Shown here: piece after piece, positions 23,801 to 36,585 of the stretch
How the letters are laid out: every line of letters starts with the position of its first letter
Numbering within the stretch: position 1 is the first letter of the stretch
Source: Eledone cirrhosa
Taxonomy: Eukaryota
Reading direction: 5' to 3'
Assembly: GCA_964016885.1 (NCBI GenBank)
Contig: OZ024745.1
Span: 104,966,001 to 105,030,000, forward strand
Length of the DNA: 64,000 bases
Made by a program: the position numbers and the translations under genes
The notes under the pieces: generated by a model
What the model was told of the DNA's origin: nothing
What the model saw: only the letters and a program-made list of their open reading frames with translations
The model's database searches: none

Positions 23801-24200
23801 AGTTGTTGCAAATTTCATTCGTTGTGTTCATAGTGTTTGGCAGTAGTATATATATTGGTTGGATGCTCTTCCTAACACCAGCACCACTTTACAGCATGGA
23901 CCGGGTGCTTTTATTCGTGCCACTTACTGGACTCAGAGCCCTCTTTACTCCTCCATTTTACAGCATGGACTGAGTGCTTTTATTCGTGCCACCAGCACTA
24001 GCGAAGTTGTCTTACTGGACTTAGGGGACTTCTCTACCTCGCACCAATTTATTCGGAGTGGTAGCTCTCCCAGACGGGTTACCTACACTATGGCTTACGG
24101 AGCCTCCGTCCACCTCTTGTCTGTCCAATAATATATTCACAAAGGAGGGGTTATCGCACAGCGTCGGGCATGTATACCAAACATGCTGGAGGTGGGGCAG
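20848..24200 (-). mobile_element. RTE-clade LINE, near full length, disabled (APE endonuclease, RT, PHD-like finger)
   Basis: RVATLNVGTLTGRSGEIVEMLERRYVDVCCVQEVRWRG (EN); KNGKAAGPSG, FKGKGDALERNNYRGIKL, QFGF, HQGS and LLYADDL (RT); CSICRKG..CTQCRSWVHKRC..YVCSRC; MLHGSETWA and RRLRWYG. Multiple frameshifts and stops. Confidence 0.95.
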
Positions 24201-24333
24201 GTGGGTGGGAAATGAGAAGGAAATATGGCTATATGCACAATATATAATGTATGTGTAAAAGTAATAACAAAAATAACAGCACAGTACACGGAAGAAATAT
24301 ATTAGTTTAATGCCTGAAATAGCAGGAAAAGAA

Positions 24334-24369
24334 TCTTAATGTTTTGGACATTATTCCTTCATCAGAAGA
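24334..24369 (-). ncRNA. Decayed minimal hammerhead-ribozyme motif in a Penelope-type terminal repeat
   Basis: Minus strand TCTT-CTGATGA-AGGAATAATGTCC-AAAA-CATT-AAGA; homologous to 56803-56838 but with GAAA mutated to AAAA. Confidence 0.55.
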
Positions 24370-25559
24370 TAGAGTTAAGAATAGAAGGTAAATAAAAAGT
24401 AAAGAGTGATGAGAGGAAGGAACGGGGGAAAAGGAGAACAAAAATTGGGGAGAAAAAACAAAACATGTGCATATTCAGTCAGCCATCTTTACTGTTTGTT
24501 GATGTTCTGTAACTAGCTCAACAAATAAAGATCAATAAAATAAGTACTGGGATTGATATGATCAACTAAATCCCTTGAATGCAGGGCCTCACCATGGTCT
24601 CAGTTTGATGACTAACACTAGTAAAACAATAAAAGAGAACATACTTTTCATACATACATACACATACACATACATACATATATACACATACACCCACACA
24701 CTCCCTAATATAGGAAACATTTTAATCAAATATCTGTGGGAAGTATAATTACACACACACACACATATGATGATGATGATGATGATGATGATGCTGTATA
24801 TTGTGAGAGAGAGAGAGAGAGGGGATTGATTAATATATATATATATCATATTTATTGTTTAATGCTTCTTTATACTTCGATGCACTATTCATGGAGCAGG
24901 AACAAATGTTTTTTAATGTCCTACATTTTTGTTTTTACTTTTGTATCCATTTTTTCATGTTTGATTTGTTTGCATGAGTATGTTGCTTGATTTGTTGGAG
25001 CAAACAGTTTTAAGGTTGGATGACCTTCCTGGTGCTAACTATTTGACCAGAATGTAGAACCTGTTTTTATTGTGCGTCTCAAACTTGAATAAGCAGAGAA
25101 GAATCATGTGTCTTTGTTCAGGCAAAATACTGTGATAGTAGTAAGATCTGAACTCTTGATTATGTGGTCAGTATGCTTGCACCTTAACTAGAGTATGACA
25201 GACTGCTTCCTTTCCATACCACTTGCTGCCAACATCTCTGGGATTCTTGGTTATTGGGCTGCCATTTTACTCCTCAAAATCAGGAGGACTGTATCCTGCT
25301 TGAGGAAGGAGGTTCATGATGTGGAGTGTCTGGTACAGCAGATGTTACTGGTTGTTCTCTCTGGCAATTCTTTCACCATCTTGTACTTTATTGAATTTTT
25401 TTCTCACTCTTCCTGTTTATTCTGCTCGATAGTGTGATATTAGTTAATACTTTAATAAAGTTGTGGTAAGAGTCTGAAGTTTTTATCCATTCTGAATAAT
25501 TTTCTCTTAGTCATAGTTATTTAGTGATGGATATTTTTGGAAACTCCTGTATGCCTGGA

Positions 25560-25990
25560 AGATGTAATCCTGTGAGGGAATTCTCTGTCAAACATGGGAA
25601 TAGCCAAGAAACCTAAGATGATTGGTGGAGGCTGACACATTGTTTTGGTCTTTATTCTTGACAGTAAGGTGGACTGTAGTAATGCAAAGTACCATTTCTT
25701 GTTCAGAAACAACAACTTAGAGGCTTCGGCCACAAAACTTGGTACTGCGACCTGCAATGTTGAGGAAAGGAAGATAAACAAATACCGGGAATTGTCCAGC
25801 CACCTCCTCTTCATACTGCCGAGCTCCGCCACACTTGGACCTGGTACTGCCAAGCTCCTCCACAAGATCAGAACGTCAACAGCCCATCTGTGGAAGGAGC
25901 CCCACACAGTGGGGTGACTGTTGCAGCGGGTGTTGCTGACCATTATCTATGGTGTGCAGCCCCAATATCACCATGCCTTTGGCCTAGAGT
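25560..25990 (+). mobile_element. Remnant of a CRE-like (restriction-like endonuclease) non-LTR retrotransposon 3' region
   Basis: GTATCNVEERKINKYRELSSHLLFILP..TLGPGTAKLLHKI..EP..LQRVLLTII resembles the RLE domain pattern 'AA..AE.RK..KY..L....F.P..ET.G..G'. Confidence 0.5.
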
Positions 25991-26669
25991 CCATCACCTC
26001 CTCCTTCCCCCCTTCCCATTGTTCTGTGACCCTAGGGCCCTTGCTTTTCACTTGTGTTTTTGTTTTCAGAGCCACAAAATATTAGCAGCATGTTTGAACA
26101 AATAAGCCACATGAATAGTTAGACCAAGGCCTTAACCACTTGACTATGTTTCCTAAATTTGTGGTTGTTACTGTTTAGTCCCTAGTCAACCTTAAGAAAG
26201 CATATCTATAACCAGTGACAAGCCAAACATGACCATTTCATCTTATTTTCAGGTATTTTATCTAGGAGTATACAATCCAATGTGCCACGTTTTTTTCTTT
26301 AACATGGTAAGAAGTGATTTGAGAGAGATGTGGCATTCCTTGAGCTATTTGATTATAATTTGGTTACATCATATTACAGCTAGATCCCTCAAAGAAAAAG
26401 GAAAGCACACATTAGATGTAATTTTTGATAACCCTTAAACATACTGGGATGATAATGACTGGAATGCTTTTGATCATAGCTCTGTTCAATTAGGGTTAAC
26501 CTGGGGCTAAACAACAACAATATCAGGAAGCTTTGAAGCAATCAAAATTCTATCAGTACTTTCATATGAGGTATTTAGGATCAAAAACAAGAAAAAAAAA
26601 AAAAGAAACTACGCAAGATCGGACCAGTTGAAAGAAGGGATACTCAATCTTTTCTGGAGAAATAATAAC

Positions 26670-26728
26670 CTGTATGTTTGTGTGTGTGTGTGCATGTATA
26701 TGTATGTATGTATGTATGTATCTGTGTG

Positions 26729-26776
<48 letters not shown>

Positions 26777-26890
26777 TACATACATATATATATATATATA
26801 TCGTCTTTGTTTTACACCCGTTTTCCATGCTTGCATGAGTTTTATATATGTATATATGTGTATATGGGCATGCGTGTATATATGTATCTA

Positions 26891-26924
<34 letters not shown>

Positions 26925-27032
26925 CTTTACGCCCATGTTTCATGCTTGCTTGGTTTTTTTTATATATATGTGTGTGTGTGTGTGTAGTATAAATATACGT
27001 ATATGTTTGTATATATATATGTATATATGTAT
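26670..27032. repeat. Compound (TG)n/(TA)n/(CA)n microsatellite
   Basis: Visible dinucleotide tracts with two short TTTACACCC...CATGCTTG inserts. Confidence 0.9.
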
Positions 27033-27901
27033 AACTAAGTAGTTTTACTTCTCTGATAAATTTAATAAGAAATTGACTATGGATCTATTATAAAAAATTC
27101 TTTGTTCTTCTTAGATGATAAGGACCAGTAAGGTATTGGTTAAATTAGCTATTGTTCTTGCATACCATTCAAAGACTATTTGGAAATTTGAGTCCAGCTT
27201 AAAAGTGTATATTTGTGAATTGTTTGAAGAAAGAAACTGGAGAAAAAAATGTGTAGCCTTTGATATATGGAGAAGTAAAACATGTAACTAAGAATACAGA
27301 ATATAGATCTATAATAATAATCCTTTAGATGAATTCAAAAAGGATTGAATGTAGAAAGGCCCCCTAAATTACCAATAATGATGTTTGATTAGACTTTCTC
27401 TAATGGATACCATTCTACATGAAGTCAATTTACCAGTTCAAAAGATTTGCATTTATTCCCCCTTTGAGGATAGTCTTGTGAGGAATTTTTGGTACCATAA
27501 TTTATCGAAAGCTGATTCTTACACTTATGTATTTACAAGTTTTGCTTATACCTTTAATCTCATTTTATACTTTGGGAAAGGAAGAATGTCTAATTGAAAC
27601 CAGAAGTAATATTGTTTTATTTTTCCTTGTATTTTTTTTTATAATTTACTGTTGTTTCTTTTTATTTTCTACTATAAAATGCTAACTTGCATTCTCCATC
27701 ATTCAATATCTCCCTCTCTTGTTTTCATTTCTTCTTCTTCTTCTTCTTCTTCTTCTCCAGTTTATTCTTGTCTCTTATCTGTTGTTTTACATAATTATAT
27801 CTTGTCCACACTTTTGCTTGTGGCCATTTCTCTCATTATCCTTTCTCCACCATGTTCCCTCCCATACAGTTCTTCTAGAGTTTCTTCATTGTTCATTACA
27901 G

Positions 27902-27987
27902 GACAATATCTACATGCATCTTACTAACTATTCAATCAATAAACACAGTGAGGATTTTGTCCGAGATGACAATGCTGGCAGCAAAAG
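27902..27987 (+). CDS. TTLL6: TTLL6/TTLL13-like internal exon C (86 nt, phase 0-2)
   Basis: attacag acceptor and gtaagt donor. Encodes DNIYMHLTNYSINKHSEDFVRDDNAGSK(R), containing the TTLL signature MHLTNYSINK. Confidence 0.97.
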
Positions 27988-28145
27988 GTAAGTAGAAAAA
28001 ACATTTACTGTACAATTATATGATAACAGGAATTGTCTCCTAATTATATCCTAAGATAATATACTTTTTTGTTTGTGATTTATCTTTAGTATTTTCTTTA
28101 GAATGTTGTTTACTATTCTCTTCATGAAATCCTTGTTACTTGCTG

Positions 28146-28492
28146 TCATCATTTCATCATTCATTTCATTTAACGTCCGCTTTTCCCTGCTTGCAAGGGT
28201 GGGACAGGAACTAATTCTGGCTTGATTTCTACAGCTGGATGCCCTTCCTAACACCAACCTCATTTACAGTGAGTGCTGGGTGCTTTTTTGCCGTGGCACC
28301 TCCACGACCACTCTACAGTGGAATGATAGGGACCCCAGTCCCTATCATCTCATTTCTACAGCTGAGTAAACTGGAGCAATGTGAAATAAAGTGCCTTGCT
28401 CAAGGAAACAACACATCACCCGGTCTGAGAATTGAACTCACAACCTTTCGATTGCAAGACCAATGCTCTAACCACTAAGCCATGTGCCTCCA
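28146..28492 (-). mobile_element. SINE family A, full length
   Basis: Same structure as 5381-5721. Confidence 0.9.
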
Positions 28493-29108
28493 TGTGCCTG
28501 TATATAAAAAAAAAGAACATTTTCTTTTCGGGTGGATGAGTAGGGAAATGTTCATTTTCAATAACACGTGAGACAATTTAGGTAATAATATTTTCATCTT
28601 TTAGTTAAAATTGCCTGATTTGATCTGATTTGCACCTGTGTAGCAAAATTGTGCATTGCCATAATGGTATCTTCCTTCTTTATATTCAAATTTTGGAGCA
28701 CAAACTCCTACTAAAATGATCTGCCCAGTGAGAGGTCATATTTTTGATCTCTCATAAAAAATGAAATAGCCAGCTGTCATCCTCTCATTTGTTTTCTCTC
28801 AACCCCACATGATGGCTAGGTATTAGACTGTTTATTTTTTCTCTGAGCGACTGACACCTGTTAATTATTTTTTAGCACAGATATATCCTCATGGGTACTT
28901 GGACACTTGTAATTCAGCCTTGGTACTAAAATGTTTTGCTGTCTCTGTTTTAGAACTTTCATAAGTTTTGCTTTCATTTTATCAATTTTCTTAGATTGTG
29001 AGATTTACAACAAATTTTCTACTCTCTACTAAACATTCTTGGTGTATTCTCAAGATTCTGCTGTACTTTGAAAAATATATGTGTGCTATAATTTACAATA
29101 CATTAACG

Positions 29109-29292
29109 CAGTGATTCCAAAAGTGGGTTCTGTGGAGCCCAAGGTTCTGCAAACGAGTGTCTGGGGTTCTGTGAAAAAAGGTAGAGGAATATATATATAT
29201 TACGACCATATAACAGTGTTAGACTTTAGGGTTCCCCCAAAAGTTTCTGAACAAAAAAGGGTTCCGTGTTTGAAAAGGTTTGGGAAACCCTG
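29109..29292. mobile_element. hAT-superfamily MITE with perfect 8-bp TSD
   Basis: Termini CAGTGATTCCAAAA...TTTGGGAAACCCTG; CATTAACG duplicated at 29101-29108 and 29293-29300. Confidence 0.88.
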
Positions 29293-29832
29293 CATTAACG
29301 TGTAGTATTTGGGTTTATCTTTAGACATTTTGGTGTTCTTCAAGTCTGCTTCTGACAAAAAGTTGATCACAAATTGATGGGATGAGTGAAGGTTTTTGTG
29401 GTTGATGCATGAAGTTGTTGTTTTTATTGTTGTCTAGGCCGAGGTCAATGCTGAAAGAGGATCTCCCAACCATAGCCATTCTGTCATTTTAGAAGTATCT
29501 TGTACTACCTTTACCTTTTTTTTTTCAAAGACTGTAGGTTGTGATTTGAGGGTGATGTGGGTGCTATTTCTAGAAAGTTAAATGACTTTCTTTTTGGTTC
29601 AGTGGTGAATGAGTGAATGTTTGGTATTAGGGAGGTGGCATCTATTTCGAATGTGATTCTGATTATGAGCTTGAGTGATGAAAACAGTGTCTTAGTTATA
29701 TGAACAGTACTCCTGTGTTGGACAGAAATTGTTTGGGGATGAACCAAGGATATACATGCGACCTGCACTGAATACATTGATAAAAAAAAAACATAAGAAA
29801 ATGTATATGCATTATCACATTACACACTCAAT

Positions 29833-30042
29833 GTGGTAGATTAGCAGAATCGGTAGAGTGTCAGACAACTTGCTTAGCGGTATAGAGTTATGGCCCTTTA
29901 CGTTCTGGGTTCAAATCCCGTCAAGGTTAGCTTTGCCTTTGGGATCGACAAAATAAAGTACCAGAAATGCACTGGGGTCGATTTAATCGACTTTCCCCTC
30001 CCCAAAAATTGTTGGCCTTGTGCCTAAATCAGAAACCATTAT
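29833..30042 (+). mobile_element. SINE family B variant with longer tail
   Basis: tRNA-like head and B box GGGTTCAAATCC, with extra GGGGTCGATTTAATCGACTTTCCCCTCCC segment also seen (inverted) at 57325-57540. Confidence 0.8.
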
Positions 30043-31621
30043 TATATCACACACTTACTACTCATGGGTAAAGATCTTTGTTTAACTGCTGTTATTTGAT
30101 GTTGTTTGGACTTGTGTCAACTTTGATCCAACCGATTTGAAATTAGATCCATTCCAGTTGTAACGACGCTGTCTGTTTAGAGGTATCTAGGACTACATTA
30201 TTTAATGTGTTCTTCCCTTTTATAATACAGCAGAGTGTGTCTTGATGGAAGTTTGGCTGCTATTTCTAATAGATTGACTCACTATATAGAGGATTTCATA
30301 TTGCCTCATTAGATATTGTTTAGCTCTTTTTTTCATAACAACCTGCCTAAAACTGCCTCTAATTTTATCATATGAAAATACTCTTTCATATGAAAATACT
30401 CTATCATATGAAAATACTCTTTCCATCAATTTTATGTTAGAACCTCTCATTAAGTTATATTCTAAATATCGTCTTAATATTGACCAAGTTAATTATTTTA
30501 CTAAATCCTTCTTCTTGATTATTTTCAAAATTAATTAAAACTTTGGCAGGGTATTTCATTAGATATATGGCCATGAAAGGATTAATGAAATGGGGGTTGT
30601 CATGTCTCTTGAAATAATTTGTACAATGTCTCAATTTATGGGGAATGGACAGCAGATGAGTTCTGTGTGTAAAATGAGATGGAGAAATATAGAGTAGAGA
30701 ATAGTTTCTAAATTTGGTAGCAACATTTAAAGGATGTCAGTGATAAGAAGATGCTGATTTCTTGAGACATAAGGTTTCAATTTTAATGGAGAAGATAATG
30801 AGGTTACTTCATGTTATTATCGTATTCAGCAAAATTTCTATATTTTCAAATTTTGTTGACTGCTGGAAACTGAAATATTGATCCAAATAAAGAACTTTTC
30901 TGTAAGGAAATTTGTGTAAACTTTACAATGAATATATTTCAAATGGAATTTCATATATATTTTATTTTGCTATAGCAGACAAAGTATAACAATTATTGGA
31001 AAATTGTGGAGTTCTTGTAACCAATTTTCTCAGATCAAAATTGATTTTATTTGTTTTTTTTTCGTTTCCATTGCATAATTTGAATGTTTTCTTTGAGAAA
31101 ACTGTTACAATATTGTTATATATTTACTGAAATGTAATTTACTGCATCATCAAAAATTCCTCCTTTAATTGAATCAATAACACTGTGATATGTTTTAGTC
31201 AAAATACATTTAGTACATTAGCACAAGATGTGTTGTGCATCCTTGGTTTACCTGAAGTCATAAAATGATTTCAGTTAAACAAGGTAGGTTGATTGAACTG
31301 AAATGGTTTTAATGCCAAATACAGTTAAATTCAATTCAGTTTTGATATTGTTCAGTACAATTTCATACAAATTCAGCAAATGTAGATTGTTTTCCAAAGT
31401 GGAAAGAAAAAAAATAGGGAATCAATCAATAACAAATAAAATAGATCAATAATAAATCAATCATAATGAGGAATGGCTATTTGTTAATAAACACAATAAC
31501 CAGTAACCAATTAATACATTAAGAAAATACAATTAGAACAAAAATGTGTTAGATTAATATAAAACTGCATATACATATATATCATCATCTTCGTTCAACA
31601 TCTCCTTTTCGATATATATAT

Positions 31622-32303
31622 ATATTTATTAAAATAACAGATTAAAGTGTAAGCAAAGAATCGCTGCTTTCACCCTTAACTGGATCTTCTGAAACTAACA
31701 AAGTCAATCTGTGAACGCAGAAATGAATAGTTAAAAAATCGTTGCAACCGGAGGAAGACAGGAAGACAATAGTTTGGTTTGTGGAAACGTTCCCTGGCAA
31801 AGAAAGGGAAAAAACGAATATAATACGTCATTATTTGGAGCGGTGAAAAACAATTACACGCAAAGACAAAACCACGTTTAGAATTTTAGTCTACGACTTC
31901 AGTTATACCATTTACGTGGTTTTGTCTTTGCGTGCAATTGTTCTCCACATATGACGTATTATCTTCGTTTTTTTCCGTTCATTGCCAGTGAACGTCTCTA
32001 TGAACCACCTAAGAGAATATTAGTCTACGACTTCTTTTATACCATAAACGTGGTTTTGTCTTTGCGTGTAATTGTTTTCCACCGCTCCAAATAATGACGT
32101 ATTATATTCGTTTTTTCCCGTTCTTTGCCAGGGAACGTTTCCACGAACCAAAGTATCATCTTCCTGTCTTCCTCCGGTTGCAACGTTTTTTGAAATATTC
32201 ACGTCTGCGTTCACAGATTGACTTTGTTAGTTTCAGAAGATCCCGTTAAGGGTGAAAGCAGCGATTCTTTGCTTAAACGTTAATCTGTTATTTTAATAAA
32301 TAT
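31622..32303. repeat. Long inverted repeat (about 258-bp arms) with an internal tandem duplication; foldback/MITE or inverted Penelope terminal repeat
   Basis: 31622-31880 is the reverse complement of 32045-32303 with scattered mismatches. 31881-32010 duplicates 32015-32150. Flanked by (TA)n. Confidence 0.93.
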
Positions 32304-32388
32304 TTACATATATTTATCCTTATCGAGCCCTCTTTGAATTTTAGTCTTCAAATTTATTATTATTACTATATATATATATATATATTAA

Positions 32389-32424
<36 letters not shown>

Positions 32425-32487
32425 TGTGTGTGTAGGGAAAACAGACACTATATGATGTTGTTAATGATGATGATGCTATATATATTC

Positions 32488-32521
<34 letters not shown>

Positions 32522-33265
32522 AGCCAATCATCTGTGAAATGCACATAACAGGTCGATAATCAATAAATGCATGTAAACGAAACTTCATTGTTTTGTTTTT
32601 TTTCTTAATATATACACTCTGCCTGTATGAACATAAATAAATAATATAGTATATATTATATTATTTATATTATATTTGAATAATATAATATAATATATAT
32701 ATAATATTATAGTATTATTATAGTATTCATTTATGTTCACATTTATGTTCACACATGGAACCTAAGTTTTCAACGTCCTATTTTGAGCATCTCCTTGGAT
32801 TGCACACAGTGATGCTGAATGGAAGAGTGATCAAATTTGTGACATGGTTATCAGGTGCTTGGAGACTACTTGTATATCATCATCACTGTTTAACTTCCAT
32901 TTTTCCATGCTAGCATGGGTTAGATAAGTTACCCTATTGTGAAACAAGCCAATTCAGATGATCATGTCTTGTCCATATTTAACTGGTTTGGGCTGGGTTT
33001 CTGTGGCTGGATGCCCTTCCTAACACCAACCACATTTATAGCGTGTGCTGGGTGCTTTTTGATGTGTTGCAGTCATGACTACTTAACAGTGTGTGGTGGG
33101 AAATTGACAGGGGAGGTGTGTGGGGATTGAGACAGGCTATTTGGGTGTGGGTGGAGTGTTAAGATGGGGGGAAAGTGTGGGAGGGATGTGGATGAAGGGA
33201 GGTGTGTTTAGACGTGGAGGCATATGGAAGAGGGAGGCGAAGGAAGTGCATACAAGATGTATGCT

Positions 33266-33571
33266 TCAACCCATGCACATTGGAAGGCAGGTCTTCTGTA
33301 TTACTGCATAATGCCAGAGATCTCGATCCTGTGTCATTTCTTTTGAGAAGTGCAATTGTGCAAGGTCAGCTTTGATCACTTCATCCCAAGTCTTCCTATA
33401 GCTTCCATCAACATTGAGCTTCCTACACCTTTTTATACAGCTATCACCCTTCATATGTATCACATGTCCATACCAACACATTCTCCTCTCCTGCACACTG
33501 CATCTGATCCCTCTTATTCCCTGTTTCTCTCTCAGTTCATTTATGCTTTGCCATTCATGTATATTACACAT
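33266..33571 (-). mobile_element. RTE LINE 3' ORF fragment
   Basis: ELREKQGIRGIRCSVQERRMCWYGHVIHM...RKTWDEVIKADL...DRDLWHYAV. Confidence 0.85.
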
Positions 33572-33899
33572 CTTTGAAGCATGGAAGCTCCTCCACTGCC
33601 AATTTGGCCATCCAGGTAACGGAAACTATCAACTACTTCTACCAAACCCTCTAGGTGTTTAAAGGGGTTAGTATCCTGTTGGCTGTTGCTACTTACTGCA
33701 ACTATACAACAACCACATATAAAACCTGCATTCTTTTTCTAGCCTACCTGAAATCCCACATCTCTCTCTTTCTCTCTCTCTGTCTTTATATATATACATA
33801 TATGGCATTAAAACAAGCGTCTTGATAGAGAAACATGGCCCTTGATTACAGAAGACCTGTGGAGGGTAGAAAAAAGGAGTCAAATATGCTCTGATGGAT

Positions 33900-34580
33900 A
33901 TGTAATGTTCGTGTGAGTGAGTGACATGGCATAAGAAGAAAAAACTGAGAGAAAAACTTGGCATAAAAGTAATTGAATGAAGTGTGCAAAAGAGAAGAGT
34001 GTTGGTATAGACATGTGATGGGCATAAAGAAATGCAGAGACACCACAGTTGCTGGAACCTATAGATGAGGCAGACCCAGGAAAACTAGGGATGAGTTTGT
34101 GAAGACCAACCTTAAAAAAACTAAACCTTAAAACAGAAATGACTAAAGACTGTGAGGGTTGGCACTGTGCGGTGCTGAAGATGATCCAACCTACAACATA
34201 CAATGTGGCCTTACCACAAAGGATTGGAAGGACCTTTCAGTTATGTCAAGGCATGACAGCCTCCCCAGTGTTTGGTGGTCTACATGTTAAATACACCCAG
34301 TACATGCTGTAAAGTGGTTGGTGTTAGGAAGGGCATCCAGCCAAAGAAAACTTGCCACACAAAGATGTTGGGAGGACCTTCAGTCATGTCAAAGACATGA
34401 CAGCCTCCCTGGTGTAAAACTGTGCACTCGGTAAAACGTGAGACCATACATAAGTGAGACAACAGATTCCTTGCTTGTCTGGGAGATCAGTAGCCACTGC
34501 TTCAGTACTGACTATATCTATATAGACCCATCCAACCCTTGTTAGCAAGGAAAGCAGATGTTAAAACGACGATGATGATG
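33900..34580 (+). mobile_element. Degenerate RTE LINE 3' end with 3' UTR and (GAT)n tail
   Basis: LREKLGIK, CWYRHVM and RGRPRK-like remnants, then GGTGTTAGGAAGGGCATCCAGCC and GTTAAAACGACGATGATGATG. Confidence 0.7.
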
Positions 34581-36359
34581 AAGAAGTATATATATCTATT
34601 AGCATGAGACCAGCAATAAAGTGGTCATCCTGCCTTTTACACAACTAAAAAGTCCATTCTAAGCTTTGTTGGGCATGTTTTCCATGACTGGATGTCCTTC
34701 CTATTACCAGTCACTTTACAGGGTGTGTTTTATCATAGCAGCAGCACTAGCAAGCTTGTTAGTCATTAACTTAACTGAAAACTTCCCTCAACTGGGTGTG
34801 GGTAGGATGAAAGGGATAGGATGACAAAGGGGTAACGAGGATGATAAGTATAATGTCATTGGTAAGTGACAGTAGGAGGGGGGTGGGGTGAAAGTATAAT
34901 GTCATGAGTGCATTTTTTTATGTAAAAAAAATATATAATGAGATGGCTGGGCCAAGTGTTGAGGAAGGATGTCAACAACTGGGTGATGGAAATGAATATG
35001 GAAGGATGCAGAGGAAGAGGAATACCAAAAATAACATGCATAAACATAGCGGGAGAGGAAATGAAAACCAGGGGTTGGTGAGTAGGATGCTGTGGAAAGT
35101 ATGAAATGGAGATGTTTGTCATTCCCCCAACACACACGCTCAGAAGGTTAACTTCTAATTTTAGCTGGGAAATTTGCCTTAAAGCAGGTGTTTTTTAACC
35201 TTTGTTTTATATTGTGATTATCATATACTGTAAAGAATCACAATATTTTGTCATGCATCCATCCACCACACCTGGTCACTGATTCTATTCCATGGTGTCA
35301 CTGAGATAAGGTGAAATAAACTGACATCCCAACAGTAGAGGAGTCAGCATTGTGATTGAATGACTGATTTAGTGTTAACATTAGGACATAGATAAACATG
35401 AATGAGAATTAATAATATTCATTTTGATTTGTAGAAAAAACAATCATAGTACACAAGATAAATTGTAAGTGGACATTTCTGTAAGGAAAGCAAACTTTCA
35501 GGATAAGGTTTGATTTCCCCTTCAACTATTGTGGTTGAAAATATAAATTTTCTGTATTGTATATGATGCTTTATGGGACTAATTATTTCCATGAATTATC
35601 ATGTCTAAATAAGAAAAGTTTTTCTGTAAAAAATTTTTTTACTATAATTTGCCAGGAAATTTTTACTTGAGTGGAATTTCATCAGATGCTGATTTTTGAT
35701 TTTTTTGATTTTTTGATTTTGTGAAATATAGAATGTAAACACTTGAAAACACTTAACAGACTGTTGATTCACCACTTTAAAAGTTTGTGTCTAGACCAAG
35801 TCTGTTTGACAGGGTCTATTTCTCCTAAACTTTTTTGTTTTCTACCTTGGATTGGTCTCAAGGAAATGTGTGAATATTGCAAACTCTCTGTATCTCTTGA
35901 GATTGATTGAGTCAGGTGGAGATGGCAGGAGAGTATCTGGCTCTGGGGAACAGAGTCCACTGTAGTAATGGTGGAAAAGACAAAGGGAAAAGAAAGCAGA
36001 TGCTGGAATGTGTTGGCGAGCTACTTCATACCAAATTATTAGGTGATCTTTCATCGAATATTGTTTAGTCTGTTCTTGTATGTTGCAGTAGCACTGTCAC
36101 AAATGTGAAACTATTAACTATGAACTCCAACTGAAAATTGCAGGTATCTGGAGTATACAAAGTTAAGTGGCTCAATCAGGAATTGTATCTTTATTGTAGA
36201 CTTGACCTTCTAAGAGTTTCTCAACTACTATGTACCACTTGCACATCTCAAAAACTATTCCTTGTTATTTACCATATAGTCTTTGCAATTTATCATGTTC
36301 ACTTGTTTTGTTTTTTTATTAACTAAATATTTGTCTCTGTTTTGGTATATTTCTAACAG

Positions 36360-36585
36360 ACGAATCAGCACTGTAAATAAATACATGAGGGAGAATGGCT
36401 ATGATGTTGAAAAACTCTGGTGTGATATTGATGACGTTATTATAAAAACAATTATATCAGCTCATGCTGTTCTACGGCATAACTATCGAACATGCTTCCA
36501 GAATCACTCCAAGACAAGTGCCTGTTTTGAAATACTTGGAATTGATATCATGCTTGACAAAAAACTCAAGCCATTGATAATTGAG
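36360..36585 (+). CDS. TTLL6: TTLL6/TTLL13-like internal exon D (226 nt, phase 2-0)
   Basis: tctaacag acceptor and gtacac donor. Encodes RISTVNKYMRENGYDVEKLWCDIDDVIIKTIISAHAVLRHNYRTCFQNHSKTSACFEILGIDIMLDKKLKPLIIE; phase matches exon C. Confidence 0.97.

Noticed and set aside
30368-30421. Three copies of a 17-bp unit TCATATGAAAATACTCT
   Set aside because: Ordinary short slippage duplication with no further structure
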